A stretch of 63,343 nt of DNA. Origin: a virus (Duplodnaviria; Caudoviricetes). The position numbers were made by a program, and so were the translations under genes. This document shows, piece by piece, positions 15,186-25,757 of this stretch. Numbering within the stretch: position 1 is the first letter of the stretch; each line of letters opens with the position of its first letter. The stretch covers positions 1 to 63,343 of the IMG/VR virus record IMGVR_UViG_3300027749_002909. One strand, given 5' to 3'. The notes below the pieces were generated by a model. The model was not told where the DNA came from. It made no database searches and saw nothing but the letters and a program-made list of their open reading frames with translations.

Positions 15186-17486
15186 TTATTTTGAGTAGTG
15201 ATTTATGTTTGAGTAAAAATGCGAATGATTATATTCTACTATTTCTTTTATTTGATTTTGCCAATCAATCCATTCTTTGGAAGTTTTTTGCATCAATCTG
15301 GTTATCTCTGTCCAAATAGCATCAAATCTATCATTATCGTTTTCAATGGAATCGTATGATTCGTCAATCATGGGGGCAAAAGTTTTGTAACCCATTTTTC
15401 TTAATTCAGCCATAGTATGCGGCCTGCATAATAGTATAAAAGGATGTTTCATTGCAAGACATTTAAATGTTTTTTCGGATAGAAACAAACAATCTTCAAT
15501 ATTATTATTAGGAATATTAAACAAGGTTTCGGTCACTATACTAAAATAGCTATCATCAAAATACGTGATGTCAGCAAGTGTTATATCAACTGGATTGATT
15601 CTTTCCTTTGTTATATTCAATCGTATAGGAAATATATCTTTGTTTTGCTTTATAAATTGATATTCATCTGATAATGAATCAATATTGTTCACCCACCCGT
15701 TTGATCCTTCAAAGGAGTAATAACTACGTTTTAAATAATCACTTGCTAGCACTTTTTCAAGTAATCTAACTCTATGCGCTCTAGCTACTTTATTGAAGCA
15801 AAGAAAATCCTTTGATTTTTCTTTTATTTTGTAATTAACCAAGTCTTTGTAAACATGATATTGACGTTGAGTGTGAAATTGAAAAGCATGTGCTGATAAT
15901 ATTGATATTTTATTTTTCCAATTGGTATCCTTAGCTATTTTAGAAAGATAAATTCTATCATATATTTCTTGAGCATTTGGTGATGCACATAGATAAAATA
16001 AGTTCTCTGAGTCAATTATATGACTGACTAAATTTGCAATGCGGTGAATTTTTCCAATTATAAACGGCATAACTGGTTCACCTAGTTTACTGAAGAAAAA
16101 TTTACGTGCGCCATTTTTATATGCTTCTATAATTTCAGAAACAATCATTTCAGTTGGGCGTGAAATAAATGTAGTAATAGTATCAACTTCCGCAGATATC
16201 ACATGCATTGTGTTTTCATAATCTTTCATTTCTGACCAAATATCAAGTATAACACTTTTCATATAAGGGGCAGTTGTGGGTGGAGGTTGAAAATTATGTC
16301 TCTGTCTAGTATTGCCATAATGTATTAATTCTCCCCCTCTAGCTAAATCAATTTTTCGCCACGGATCTATTATTACTGACTCTAGCCTGATGGAAGATAT
16401 TATATGCTCTACCCAATCTTCCCAGTAACCTATTAGGTATACTTCTGTCCAATCTAATTTTAAATCCAAATCATTGGTATTCTTATCATAATAATTTACA
16501 TTTCCGCCGTGCTTTTCAATATAATATCCAACTAACATACTAGCACTACCGTTAGTGTAAGGAACGCTTGGCTTATATGCTTTTCCAATTATAGTTACAT
16601 TATTACCATTTTTTAAACAGCGTAGTGCCATGCGCTCTGCTTGTACTTCTCTAGCAGTCATAATACTATCAAACAAATCATAACTTAAATCTAGCCTATC
16701 AGCCAGATAACGCAATGCAATATTATCTCTGGGATGACAAGCTCCTGCATCTCCCAATCCAGCTTTCATATAAGCAGGTCCCGTAATACGATGTGTACTT
16801 TTAGCTAGTGCTTGCGTTACAACATCAACATTGATGTTGCCATTAGTTTCAGCAACATCTTGTATCATATTAACTAATGCTAACTTTGCGCTAATAAAAG
16901 TGTTGTAGAAAATTTTTATTGATTCAGCTTCATCCCATGTACTCACTTCATATCTAGGGTCGTTTTCCATAAATAATTTATAGAACTCAATTAATTCTTT
17001 TGCATCTCCGGTTAGACTACCATCATGTGTGCCAATGATAATCATTTCAGGATTTACCATATCCCATTTAATTGTGCCCATGGCAATTAAATATGGGTTA
17101 TAAATAAATCGTGCATTAGTAATGCAAGGTTCTAGTATATTACGCACTGTCCCAGGTAATACAGTACTAATAAGAATCACTAACTGATTTTTATTTACGT
17201 ATTTGTTTACTTCAACTAGAATGTCAGTAACAATAGTATAATCAAAATCTTTGTTTGGTAAGTGACTACTTGGAGTTTCTCCACCATAGATAGGGTCGTG
17301 TGGGGTAGGAGCCGCAATAAAAATAAAATCTCTATCTTTAACTGCTTCTTCAATTGTGTTTTTCATGGGAAACATTGGTAATCTCGGAGAGATATCATAC
17401 CCCACTACATTATATCCAGCACCTACCATAACTTCGGCACAGTCTTGCCCTAATTTGCCACATCCTATCATTGCTACTGATTTCAT
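15186..17486 (-). CDS. ugd: UDP-glucose/GDP-mannose 6-dehydrogenase fused to a glycosyltransferase-like domain
   Basis: GCGKLG, APTP, STVLPGT, YNP, AESIKIFYNTF, GACHPRD, AYKP in first ~390 aa; C-terminal FSIVTET...FLSEKTFK...HPFI domain. Confidence 0.85.
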   Translation of the reverse strand: MKSVAMIGCGKLGQDCAEVMVGAGYNVVGYDISPRLPMFPMKNTIEEAVKDRDFIFIAAPTPHDPIYGGETPSSHLPNKDFDYTIVTDILVEVNKYVNKNQLVILISTVLPGTVRNILEPCITNARFIYNPYLIAMGTIKWDMVNPEMIIIGTHDGSLTGDAKELIEFYKLFMENDPRYEVSTWDEAESIKIFYNTFISAKLALVNMIQDVAETNGNINVDVVTQALAKSTHRITGPAYMKAGLGDAGACHPRDNIALRYLADRLDLSYDLFDSIMTAREVQAERMALRCLKNGNNVTIIGKAYKPSVPYTNGSASMLVGYYIEKHGGNVNYYDKNTNDLDLKLDWTEVYLIGYWEDWVEHIISSIRLESVIIDPWRKIDLARGGELIHYGNTRQRHNFQPPPTTAPYMKSVILDIWSEMKDYENTMHVISAEVDTITTFISRPTEMIVSEIIEAYKNGARKFFFSKLGEPVMPFIIGKIHRIANLVSHIIDSENLFYLCASPNAQEIYDRIYLSKIAKDTNWKNKISILSAHAFQFHTQRQYHVYKDLVNYKIKEKSKDFLCFNKVARAHRVRLLEKVLASDYLKRSYYSFEGSNGWVNNIDSLSDEYQFIKQNKDIFPIRLNITKERINPVDITLADITYFDDSYFSIVTETLFNIPNNNIEDCLFLSEKTFKCLAMKHPFILLCRPHTMAELRKMGYKTFAPMIDESYDSIENDNDRFDAIWTEITRLMQKTSKEWIDWQNQIKEIVEYNHSHFYSNINHYSK

Positions 17487-18139
17487 TTTTGTTTCTCATT
17501 ATAAGGTGTAACTGTCAACTTATTTAATACATATAGTTCATCTATGTTATTGCTGTAGATTTTAATATAACCCAAGTCTTGTAGAAGTTGACTAAACATT
17601 GTATATGTCGTATTAGTATCATAGCAGTTTTCAAACTCATTAACTTCTGCCCAAATAGCCCAAGGTCTATGATTACCTATATTACTTAACACTTTGTATT
17701 CTGCCCCCTGTACATCCATATGAATAAAATTAGGAGTTACATCGTGTGTACTACAAAATGTATCTAGCCGCATTGTGTTGACTGTCTGCGGTTCTCCCCA
17801 AACAAAAGTACCAGCTGGAACTTCTGTTTTGTTTGGTTTACATATACTACCTGAATATGGCCAAGTTTCTCCATTGTATGTAGCTGATGGGTAAAAAGTT
17901 ACAGTCTCGTTAGAATCTGATAGTGCTATATGGAAGTAATTTATACCGCGTCTTTTTGCTTCGCTTGTATTACGTTCTTTCCATACATCAGCACATTCAA
18001 ATGCATATATCGTAGCATTAGGTAATAGTTGTTTAAACATTGCAGCATCTCCGTCAACTGCTGCACAACCAATATCAAATATAGACATTGCCTTGTCTCC
18101 AAAGTTTTCTATTAACCAATTGGTGTTTATGTCACTCAT
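17483..18139 (-). CDS. FkbM family methyltransferase
   Basis: IFDIGC, IYAFE, ALSD, RLDTF, FIHMDVQGAE. Confidence 0.9.
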   Translation of the reverse strand: MSDINTNWLIENFGDKAMSIFDIGCAAVDGDAAMFKQLLPNATIYAFECADVWKERNTSEAKRRGINYFHIALSDSNETVTFYPSATYNGETWPYSGSICKPNKTEVPAGTFVWGEPQTVNTMRLDTFCSTHDVTPNFIHMDVQGAEYKVLSNIGNHRPWAIWAEVNEFENCYDTNTTYTMFSQLLQDLGYIKIYSNNIDELYVLNKLTVTPYNEKQK

Positions 18140-19113
18140 ACTAAATCTTTCTTACCTAGATCAATCTGTGTCTTTATCCATTTATATGTTTCTGTTAGCC
18201 CGTACTCTAAGTTCTCAGCAGGTGACCAATCAATCGTTTTCTTAATCAATCTGTTGTGACTATTTCTTCCTCTTACTCCCATAGGACCATCTACATTGTG
18301 TATTGAAACACTCTTATTAACTAACTTTGCAATTAAGAAAACTAAATGATTAATACTAATCATTCTTTCACTTCCCAAGTTTAATGGAACTTCACAGTCA
18401 CTAGCCATTATACGATTTATGCCTTCTATACATTCATCAATATATAAAAAACTGCGTGTTTGGTTACCCGGTCCCCATATATCTACATCACCGTGATCGT
18501 TACACATTGCTATCTTACGACACAATGCTGCGGGTGCTTTTTCTTTGCCATTGTTCCAACTACCCTTAGGGCCAAAGATATTATGAAAACGTGCGATACG
18601 CACACGCATACCATAGTTACGTGCATAAGACATATATAGTCTTTCACTAAATAGCTTCTCCCAACCATACTCACTGTCAGGTGCTGCTGGGTATGCACTA
18701 TCTTCGCTTAGTATTGGGTTATTGGGATCGGTTTGATTATGTTCAGGATACATACACGCACTACTGGAATAAAAAATATTCTTTACACCCTTCTGCTGCA
18801 TCTCATTTAATATGTTAAGATTAATCATTGCCGAGTTATGCATAATGTCCGCGTCATGTTCACCTGTAAAAATGTAACCGGCGCCTCCCATGTCAGCGGC
18901 AAGTTGATATACTTCGTCAATATCACTGTTGATTAAGTATTCAACATTACGTTGATTACGCAAATCCATTATATAAAATTTGTCAGCAGTAGATTCACTG
19001 TATTCTGGATACTTTAAATCAGCACCAATAACATAATGCCCTTGACTTTTAAATTTCTCTACTAAATGTGAACCTATAAATCCACCTGCTCCGCATACTA
19101 AAATCTTTTTCAT
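18136..19113 (-). CDS. NAD-dependent epimerase, GDP-mannose 3,5-epimerase-like
   Basis: GAGGFIGSH, LAADMGGAG, YSSSACMYP, YGWEK, RFHNIFGP, KEKAPAALCRK, GVRGRNS. Confidence 0.9.
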   Translation of the reverse strand: MKKILVCGAGGFIGSHLVEKFKSQGHYVIGADLKYPEYSESTADKFYIMDLRNQRNVEYLINSDIDEVYQLAADMGGAGYIFTGEHDADIMHNSAMINLNILNEMQQKGVKNIFYSSSACMYPEHNQTDPNNPILSEDSAYPAAPDSEYGWEKLFSERLYMSYARNYGMRVRIARFHNIFGPKGSWNNGKEKAPAALCRKIAMCNDHGDVDIWGPGNQTRSFLYIDECIEGINRIMASDCEVPLNLGSERMISINHLVFLIAKLVNKSVSIHNVDGPMGVRGRNSHNRLIKKTIDWSPAENLEYGLTETYKWIKTQIDLGKKDLV

Positions 19114-19132
19114 ATATATTTCTTTTCGTAAA

Positions 19133-19738
19133 TCATGTTCTACTCAATAATACGTTGACCGGCGTTGATGCATATAATGAAAATCCATACTGCGCCATAT
19201 GATCAATAAGAGATTGTTCTTTCTGATCATGCTCAATGCAAAGTAACTTACAACTTGGTGCCAAGTTCCAGTCAGTACTAGTAATAACTGAGTGATTCTG
19301 TCCTTCAATATCAATGCTAATAAAGTCAAAGTTACGTGAACTATATTGTTTTAATAATGAGTTTAATGTAATAGCATAATGTGTTATTGGTTTCCACTCG
19401 TAGTTATGTTCTTTTTTATGCCAGTCCCAATTCTGCATATGCTCAGATGACGTTGAACTCAATTGACCATTCTCGTAAAATATTACAAACCCTTCTGTGG
19501 TATCAATGACAGCCAATACCAATTCTGATCTAGTTCCAAACTGCTCATAGTTATTAATCAATTGGCGAAATGTCTGTGATTCTGGTTCAACTGAAATGCC
19601 AGACCATCTGTCTAACAATAACTGATATACATTACTGTAAACGATGCCGTCTGCTGCACCTACATCTAAGAATGTTCCAACAGTGTCTCCAAAGAAATCT
19701 TTAATATACTGTTGTTCTTTGTATTGACTATGATCCAT
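19133..19738 (-). CDS. FkbM family methyltransferase
   Basis: FLDVGAADG..SN, WSGISVEP, DFISIDIEG. Confidence 0.9.
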   Translation of the reverse strand: MDHSQYKEQQYIKDFFGDTVGTFLDVGAADGIVYSNVYQLLLDRWSGISVEPESQTFRQLINNYEQFGTRSELVLAVIDTTEGFVIFYENGQLSSTSSEHMQNWDWHKKEHNYEWKPITHYAITLNSLLKQYSSRNFDFISIDIEGQNHSVITSTDWNLAPSCKLLCIEHDQKEQSLIDHMAQYGFSLYASTPVNVLLSRT

Positions 19739-21069
19739 TATAATTTATTCCTCACAATGTTAGATATTTTTGCAACTGCATGTCTTGTACTTGCTGTGCG
19801 AATCACTTCATAGTTATGGTCTAGTATAGGCTTCACTTTGTTTCTGAAATCTAGTATCTGCTCACTAGTCCAAGTACCAATGTATGCAGCTATCTCCATG
19901 AGTTTACGCATTCTCTCATCATGATCGGCTATATCATCATATGACTCATCCCAAAATTCACTGAAGGTTTTAAATCCTAATTCGTGCAGACCCTTCAATA
20001 CACCCTTCACTCCTACAACAATGAATGGATGCTTTTCTTTTGTAGGTTTAAAAGACTTTTCAGTTATAGATATTTCGTTGTCATAGAAATTAGTTTCCGT
20101 TACTATACTAACTAATGTTTGCTGATAAAATTGTCTAGTCTTGTTATCATAATCCTGACACATTACAGTAATGTTAGTTTCGTCATCAAGTTTCAATGGC
20201 AACCTATCAATGAATCTTTGTGTGCAATTATCATCAATTGCAAAGACATTATTCAGTCTAATTTTGTCAAAACTAGGAATAGTACTGCGTCCTGGATAGT
20301 CTTGATCTTCGTCACTAAAGCTAACCAGTGAACGGTCTACAAGATTATGTTTCTCTAAATTAACAGCCATTTCAATTCTGTGCCTGCGTATTCTACGATT
20401 CCACATTAGAAATAGTTTAGGTGGAATAATTGTTTCATCGTAAGGCGGCATATCATTTGTATTCTCTGTGTTAGGAATGAAATTTGTAAATGATGTTGGA
20501 TAAGTTACGATAGATAAACGATTGTGAGGATTATCAGGAATATTCCTAGACACACAATATTGCCCATATATTTCAGAGGCATTGATACACCCGGTGAGGT
20601 AAATAATTTTGTGTAGTGGAATTTTGTGTACATTACTGAAATAAGAGTGTAATGAATTGATATAATTATCCTGCATAAACGCTTCAATGCTATGATTAAT
20701 CAGTATATATCCGCTATTATTTCGCACATTATTAATTATGTGAAAAGGAACATGTCCAAACTCTAGTATGCCATCATGTCCGGTAAAGTATTGACTAAAA
20801 GGGATTCGCCATGTCAAAGTAAATGGTAGTATAAACGGTCTAGTTTCTGTACCGTGATCAATGGATACTGAAGGATATACTTCGTACTCACTATTATGTT
20901 CGTGAGCCTCAAAGAATTTAACTAAGTCATCTCCAAAATACTTAATAGAATCTACTTGCTTTACCCCGGTCGCTATATTAGCAAAGTTCAATATATTTGG
21001 TAGCTCAGTATTCCATATAGGCCCACGTGGGCCTATCCAATTGTACACTAATTTGATTTTGTCTGACAT
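19738..21069 (-). CDS. Glycosyltransferase-like protein
   Basis: NRRIRRHR, VSIVTET, ITEKSFKP, HPFIVVG, GFKTF, DESYD; same domain as the C-terminus of 15186..17486. Confidence 0.6.
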   Translation of the reverse strand: MSDKIKLVYNWIGPRGPIWNTELPNILNFANIATGVKQVDSIKYFGDDLVKFFEAHEHNSEYEVYPSVSIDHGTETRPFILPFTLTWRIPFSQYFTGHDGILEFGHVPFHIINNVRNNSGYILINHSIEAFMQDNYINSLHSYFSNVHKIPLHKIIYLTGCINASEIYGQYCVSRNIPDNPHNRLSIVTYPTSFTNFIPNTENTNDMPPYDETIIPPKLFLMWNRRIRRHRIEMAVNLEKHNLVDRSLVSFSDEDQDYPGRSTIPSFDKIRLNNVFAIDDNCTQRFIDRLPLKLDDETNITVMCQDYDNKTRQFYQQTLVSIVTETNFYDNEISITEKSFKPTKEKHPFIVVGVKGVLKGLHELGFKTFSEFWDESYDDIADHDERMRKLMEIAAYIGTWTSEQILDFRNKVKPILDHNYEVIRTASTRHAVAKISNIVRNKL

Positions 21070-21074
21070 AACTT

Positions 21075-22046
21075 TTATTTATTATTTAAGAATTTGGGTA
21101 TAATAATATCAGTGCCACAATGACAATGCTCTTTAGCGCAAACAATTTGTTTGGGACCTGCACGAGAAATATCTTTAAGTATGTGTCCAACAACACCGCC
21201 CATGCCACAACTTGCTAAACTCATTTCACCTGTAGGGTTAATAAATATTGCATCCCCAACATTGCATTTCCAACCACGAAAGAAGTTATTACCAGCAACA
21301 ATTACTTCATTGCTATTACAAACCTCAGTATGATTATCATCATATTTATTATAGCTAACCGTATAGTTGGTTCGCTTCTCTGGCTTTGGTATAGTTTGTT
21401 GATGTTCGCTTGTACAGTCGTTTATGAATTGAGTCTTTGCTGGGTCTTTGTAGGTCCAGGGCCCTGCATTAACACTCATTTCATCAAATAGAGGTGTCCA
21501 CTCTAAGAAGTAGTTTGGCATCACTGTTTTTAAATGCTTACCAAACTCAACTACTTCCCAAAATCTTTCTTCATGCAACAACATCTTAGTAGCTAAGTAA
21601 TTTACTTTGTCACAGAGATATATGCTATTTTCTTCGTATCGTTGTTTGTCGGCAAATTCTACGTGAAAGCTAGCAACAACATCATCAAACAGATAGTGAT
21701 TCTTTTCCCACCAAGCTAAGGGACGACTTAAGTTAGTATTAACTGCTAGAGTAGCTTGGGGCAATTCTTTGTATAACCATTCACAAATTGGTATAAAGTT
21801 GCGCCATGCAGTAGGTTCACCCCCGCTAAAGAAAAACTTAAAGTTCTTGTACCCGACCGCTTTATATCTGCCAATAATAGTTTCTAAATTTTGTATGTAC
21901 AAATCTAGATTACCGTTATTTACATCAGTACCTCCCCAATTACCCGGATTGCAATAACTGCATTTAAAGTTACAATAATTATTTACTTGCCATGTAATTG
22001 CTAGATACGGCTCAGGGGCTTCAATTGCTATTAACTTGCTGCCCAT
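21075..22046 (-). CDS. Radical SAM enzyme with C-terminal Cys-rich (SPASM/twitch-like) domain
   Basis: CNFKCSYC, SGGEP, NTN; C-terminal WKCNVG...ASC...C-xxxx-CHC. Confidence 0.9.
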   Translation of the reverse strand: MGSKLIAIEAPEPYLAITWQVNNYCNFKCSYCNPGNWGGTDVNNGNLDLYIQNLETIIGRYKAVGYKNFKFFFSGGEPTAWRNFIPICEWLYKELPQATLAVNTNLSRPLAWWEKNHYLFDDVVASFHVEFADKQRYEENSIYLCDKVNYLATKMLLHEERFWEVVEFGKHLKTVMPNYFLEWTPLFDEMSVNAGPWTYKDPAKTQFINDCTSEHQQTIPKPEKRTNYTVSYNKYDDNHTEVCNSNEVIVAGNNFFRGWKCNVGDAIFINPTGEMSLASCGMGGVVGHILKDISRAGPKQIVCAKEHCHCGTDIIIPKFLNNK

Positions 22047-23302
22047 GCGTATACCTCTTTAAGTTCTGGAATAATATCTTCTAACGTTTCATTTCTATAC
22101 TCATCTAACTCATCATTGAATTTTTTGAATTCTAATATGCCGCCCTTGTTCTCATCACCGACACTTAAGTTATAGAGTATCATATTGAAACCATTTTGTA
22201 TATCTTGATTATCTAAATACTTAGCCTGATGCTGTTTGTATTTTTCCATCAAACCTTGCTTAATGTGTTTAGGCAATATCATAATATTTGCATACCATGG
22301 ATTAGTTGCTAAGTTAAATCTAGGACTTGAGTTGGCAGTAATAAAGCCTTCATTAATCATGTAGTCAAAGAATTCAGGAAAATCAAATACGTTCCAAATA
22401 CTAATTGTAGGAGTAATTTGAAATTGTGCATGCGGAACTTGTTCTTTGATAGCTTTAATGTTTTTAACGATACGTGACCAGTCAGTACCTTTGCGTATTG
22501 CTTCTGCTACATCTTCGGCTGCATCTAGACTAGCCCAAATTTGAAGTTTAGGGAATTTCTTCCAATATCCAATCAAGTCTTTGTCTTTGTATTTTAGTGA
22601 ACTAAGATTAGTGGTGTAAGTCAATTCAATTGTTTCATTCAATCCATTTTCAATCCAGTAGTCAAGGCATTCATAGTGTTCAGGAGTAATAATAATCTCA
22701 CCGCCCGCAAAATAAACTTCAGAAACATCTTTAAGATAAGGTTTTAATTTATTCATAAAATTCATTTCTTCTGCTGCATTGATAACAATTTTCTTAGTTT
22801 TAAAATATTGTTCATATACTTCAGTACCCCGTTCGTCTACAAACTCTTGCGCCCATAGACTTGAGCAGCCCGGGCCACATGAACGACATTTCATATTACA
22901 TATATTACTAAAGCGCAGATCCATATATCTCATTTTGAAATCAGTTAATTCACCGTCATCTTTTGTAGTTTCACTGATATCTTTTACATAATCAAGTCCT
23001 CGGCGCTTATTGTGACTTTGACGCATTGTCCAAGTACCCATTAATTCTAAATCATAGCAGCGTTTGCAAGCCTCAACTGGTTCATCGTTGAGCATTGATG
23101 TACGCATTTTTTTATAATCTTCGCTATTCATCATTTGAATAATAGACTCATCATCTTTGATATTTGCTACAGGCATATTACTGTCAGCTACACAACAGGG
23201 CATTACTCTGCCGTCCGGCCATGAATGAAAATGAATCCAAGGTAATACACAAAAGTGCTTACCATTCTTTACTAAATTCTCTACTACGATTGAATCTTGC
23301 AT
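22031..23302 (-). CDS. Radical SAM enzyme with N-terminal twitch/SPASM-like domain
   Basis: FCVLPW...PCC...CKRC then CNMKCRSC and YFAGGE. Confidence 0.92.
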   Translation of the reverse strand: MQDSIVVENLVKNGKHFCVLPWIHFHSWPDGRVMPCCVADSNMPVANIKDDESIIQMMNSEDYKKMRTSMLNDEPVEACKRCYDLELMGTWTMRQSHNKRRGLDYVKDISETTKDDGELTDFKMRYMDLRFSNICNMKCRSCGPGCSSLWAQEFVDERGTEVYEQYFKTKKIVINAAEEMNFMNKLKPYLKDVSEVYFAGGEIIITPEHYECLDYWIENGLNETIELTYTTNLSSLKYKDKDLIGYWKKFPKLQIWASLDAAEDVAEAIRKGTDWSRIVKNIKAIKEQVPHAQFQITPTISIWNVFDFPEFFDYMINEGFITANSSPRFNLATNPWYANIMILPKHIKQGLMEKYKQHQAKYLDNQDIQNGFNMILYNLSVGDENKGGILEFKKFNDELDEYRNETLEDIIPELKEVYAWAAS

Positions 23303-23304
23303 TC

Positions 23305-24531
23305 TTACTCCGTTAAATCTTGTAATTTATTTAATTCAGGGAAAGTTTTCCAGAAACTTTCATTACGTATTCTATCGCCCGAATCTGTGTGCATCATAAA
23401 TGTTTCTTTGTTGTCTGTCCATGTGTCAGATTCTTTTGCAAAGTTTACTGCATCTGTTACCAATCGGGATAGTGATGTGCTATCACCTTCGTTGTTTTGT
23501 GCCCAAACTAATGCTTTGGTTGCTGCTTCAACTTTTAATTCTTTGGGTAGACTTTTACCGCTATAATAGCTAGGATGTACCGCTAGATATAAACTATGAT
23601 ACCAATCATCTCTACGAATAATACCTTTATCTTTTAAGTAAGAATAGAATTCCCCGATAGTTGAATAATTAAATATTGAGAATACAGTGTTCATTTGAAA
23701 TGAGACATAATCCAATTCTCGGAACTTTAGTAGATTGCTCTCAACAAGTCCCCAATCTGTTCCATGCCGCAACCATTCAGCACGTTCACCGTAATGATCT
23801 ACACTACAACTTAACTCAATCTTCTTAAAGTGTTTCCACATGTCTAACAAGTCATAGTCCTTAAACTTGATATTGCTAGCATTTGTGTTGTATCGTAATG
23901 TAATGTCAGTGCGACCTTTGCGAATCATTTCTTCTAACATTATATAATGTTCTTCGGTCAATGTAGGTTCACCACCGGCAAAATAAGCTAGATCAATATG
24001 TTCTACTTGATCTAATACTTCACGTAATAGATTACCCTTCTCATCAGCATGAATAACAATAGGATGCTTTGGGTCGTGATTGGCTCGCATTTCTGCTCCC
24101 CATTGACTACTAAATTCACTGCCACATGTTCTGCATTTAAAATTACATATGTTACTGAATCTGATATCAAAGTAATGCATTTTGAAGTTGGGCACAGTTC
24201 CATCAGCTAGCGTAGTAGGAACCGTTGTATCAAAATGTTTACCAAAATGTTCTTTACTATAGTTTCTAAAACTATGCGGACCTGCTTCTTCGTGCTTGTA
24301 GCAGAAGTTACATATCTTGTTTGGTTTATCGTTTAACATATCCAAACGTAATTGTTTCATCTGCTCATTATTGAAGGCATCTTTAAGACTAGTTTGTTTG
24401 GTGTTACCAAATGGTACTGTATAGTCATTACTACAGCAGGGATAGATATCCCCTTTTGGGGTAACATTTAAATGTACCCAAGGGAACATACAGAAAGTTT
24501 TACTTTCATTTAATAGATATTCTTTGTTCAT
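23305..24531 (-). CDS. Radical SAM enzyme with N-terminal twitch/SPASM-like domain
   Basis: FCMFPW...PCC...CNFC then CNFKCRTC and YFAGGEP. Confidence 0.92.
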   Translation of the reverse strand: MNKEYLLNESKTFCMFPWVHLNVTPKGDIYPCCSNDYTVPFGNTKQTSLKDAFNNEQMKQLRLDMLNDKPNKICNFCYKHEEAGPHSFRNYSKEHFGKHFDTTVPTTLADGTVPNFKMHYFDIRFSNICNFKCRTCGSEFSSQWGAEMRANHDPKHPIVIHADEKGNLLREVLDQVEHIDLAYFAGGEPTLTEEHYIMLEEMIRKGRTDITLRYNTNASNIKFKDYDLLDMWKHFKKIELSCSVDHYGERAEWLRHGTDWGLVESNLLKFRELDYVSFQMNTVFSIFNYSTIGEFYSYLKDKGIIRRDDWYHSLYLAVHPSYYSGKSLPKELKVEAATKALVWAQNNEGDSTSLSRLVTDAVNFAKESDTWTDNKETFMMHTDSGDRIRNESFWKTFPELNKLQDLTE

Positions 24532-25757
24532 AGTAATCCTGCTAGTTCTGGAAAAGTTTTAGCAAAATTCTCCACTCGTATATTATCTAATCGTTGTATT
24601 TCACTTCTAAATTTATCTTTATTTTCTTCCCATGTATTTTTAGAAAATAACCAGCCCAATGATTGTTCGGGTTGCATCAGATGTTTATTCAAAAATTTGT
24701 TATCATTTAAAATTGTAATACATTTCTCTAAACTTTCCTTACCTTTTAATTTATAATCATTTGGTAAAACATGACTTGAAATATGTTCGGGGTCAGACAT
24801 ATTATATATAGAATAAACATGGTCTTTTGGAGCATACAACTGCTTATTTATTAGATATTGGTAAAACTCATGTATAGTTAATAAATTAAACACACTCAAA
24901 ACAGTATTCATTGTCAATTGTATATACGGGGCTTTCTTTACTTGAGTAAAGTTTTCCTCTACTTTACCCCAATCTGTCCCGTTTCTTATATATTCAGCAC
25001 GAGCACCATAATGATCAATACTGGCATAAATTTGAATTTCATGTTTAAAATGTTTCCATAAATCAAGCAAATCTTTATCTTTAAATTTCAAATTACTTAA
25101 GTTAGTATTATATCGTAATATGATATCCGTACGTTTTTGTTTTATCATTTCTTCTAACAAAACATAATGTTCTTCGGTGATTAATGGTTCACCCCCTGCA
25201 AAATATGCAGTTTCCATAAATTGAATTTGATCTACTACTTCCTGTAAAAATTTTGGATTATCATTTTTAGGAATGATACGTGCATACGGTAATTTATTTT
25301 TTAAATCTTCTTGTTCCCATTGACTACTAAACGCTGCTCCGCAGGTTCTACATTTAAAATTACATATATTATTAAACCTAATATCAAAATATTTCATTTT
25401 AAATTCAGTTACAGCACCGTCTAGTGTTGTGTTATTTAATGCTTCATCGTAATAATTTCTATAATTAGTATTCATTTGTTGTCTAGAACTCCTAATATTA
25501 ACTTTTTCATGTTCATAACATTTAGTACATTCACTATTAGGAACCTCGCTAATCATATCCACTCGTAATTGTTTCATTTTTTCACTATTTACAATTTCTA
25601 TTAATGATTGTGTTTTTGTGTTACCCATCCCATTACCAGTAGTAGCAGATTCTGCAATGCAACAGGGTGCAGCAACTCCCGATGGTGAGGCATGCAAATG
25701 AATCCACGGCATCATACAAAATGTTTTGCTTTTAAATAACTGATATTCTTTGTTCAT
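24528..25757 (-). CDS. Radical SAM enzyme with N-terminal twitch/SPASM-like domain
   Basis: FCMMPW...PCC...CTKC then CNFKCRTC and YFAGGEP. Confidence 0.92.
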   Translation of the reverse strand: MNKEYQLFKSKTFCMMPWIHLHASPSGVAAPCCIAESATTGNGMGNTKTQSLIEIVNSEKMKQLRVDMISEVPNSECTKCYEHEKVNIRSSRQQMNTNYRNYYDEALNNTTLDGAVTEFKMKYFDIRFNNICNFKCRTCGAAFSSQWEQEDLKNKLPYARIIPKNDNPKFLQEVVDQIQFMETAYFAGGEPLITEEHYVLLEEMIKQKRTDIILRYNTNLSNLKFKDKDLLDLWKHFKHEIQIYASIDHYGARAEYIRNGTDWGKVEENFTQVKKAPYIQLTMNTVLSVFNLLTIHEFYQYLINKQLYAPKDHVYSIYNMSDPEHISSHVLPNDYKLKGKESLEKCITILNDNKFLNKHLMQPEQSLGWLFSKNTWEENKDKFRSEIQRLDNIRVENFAKTFPELAGLL

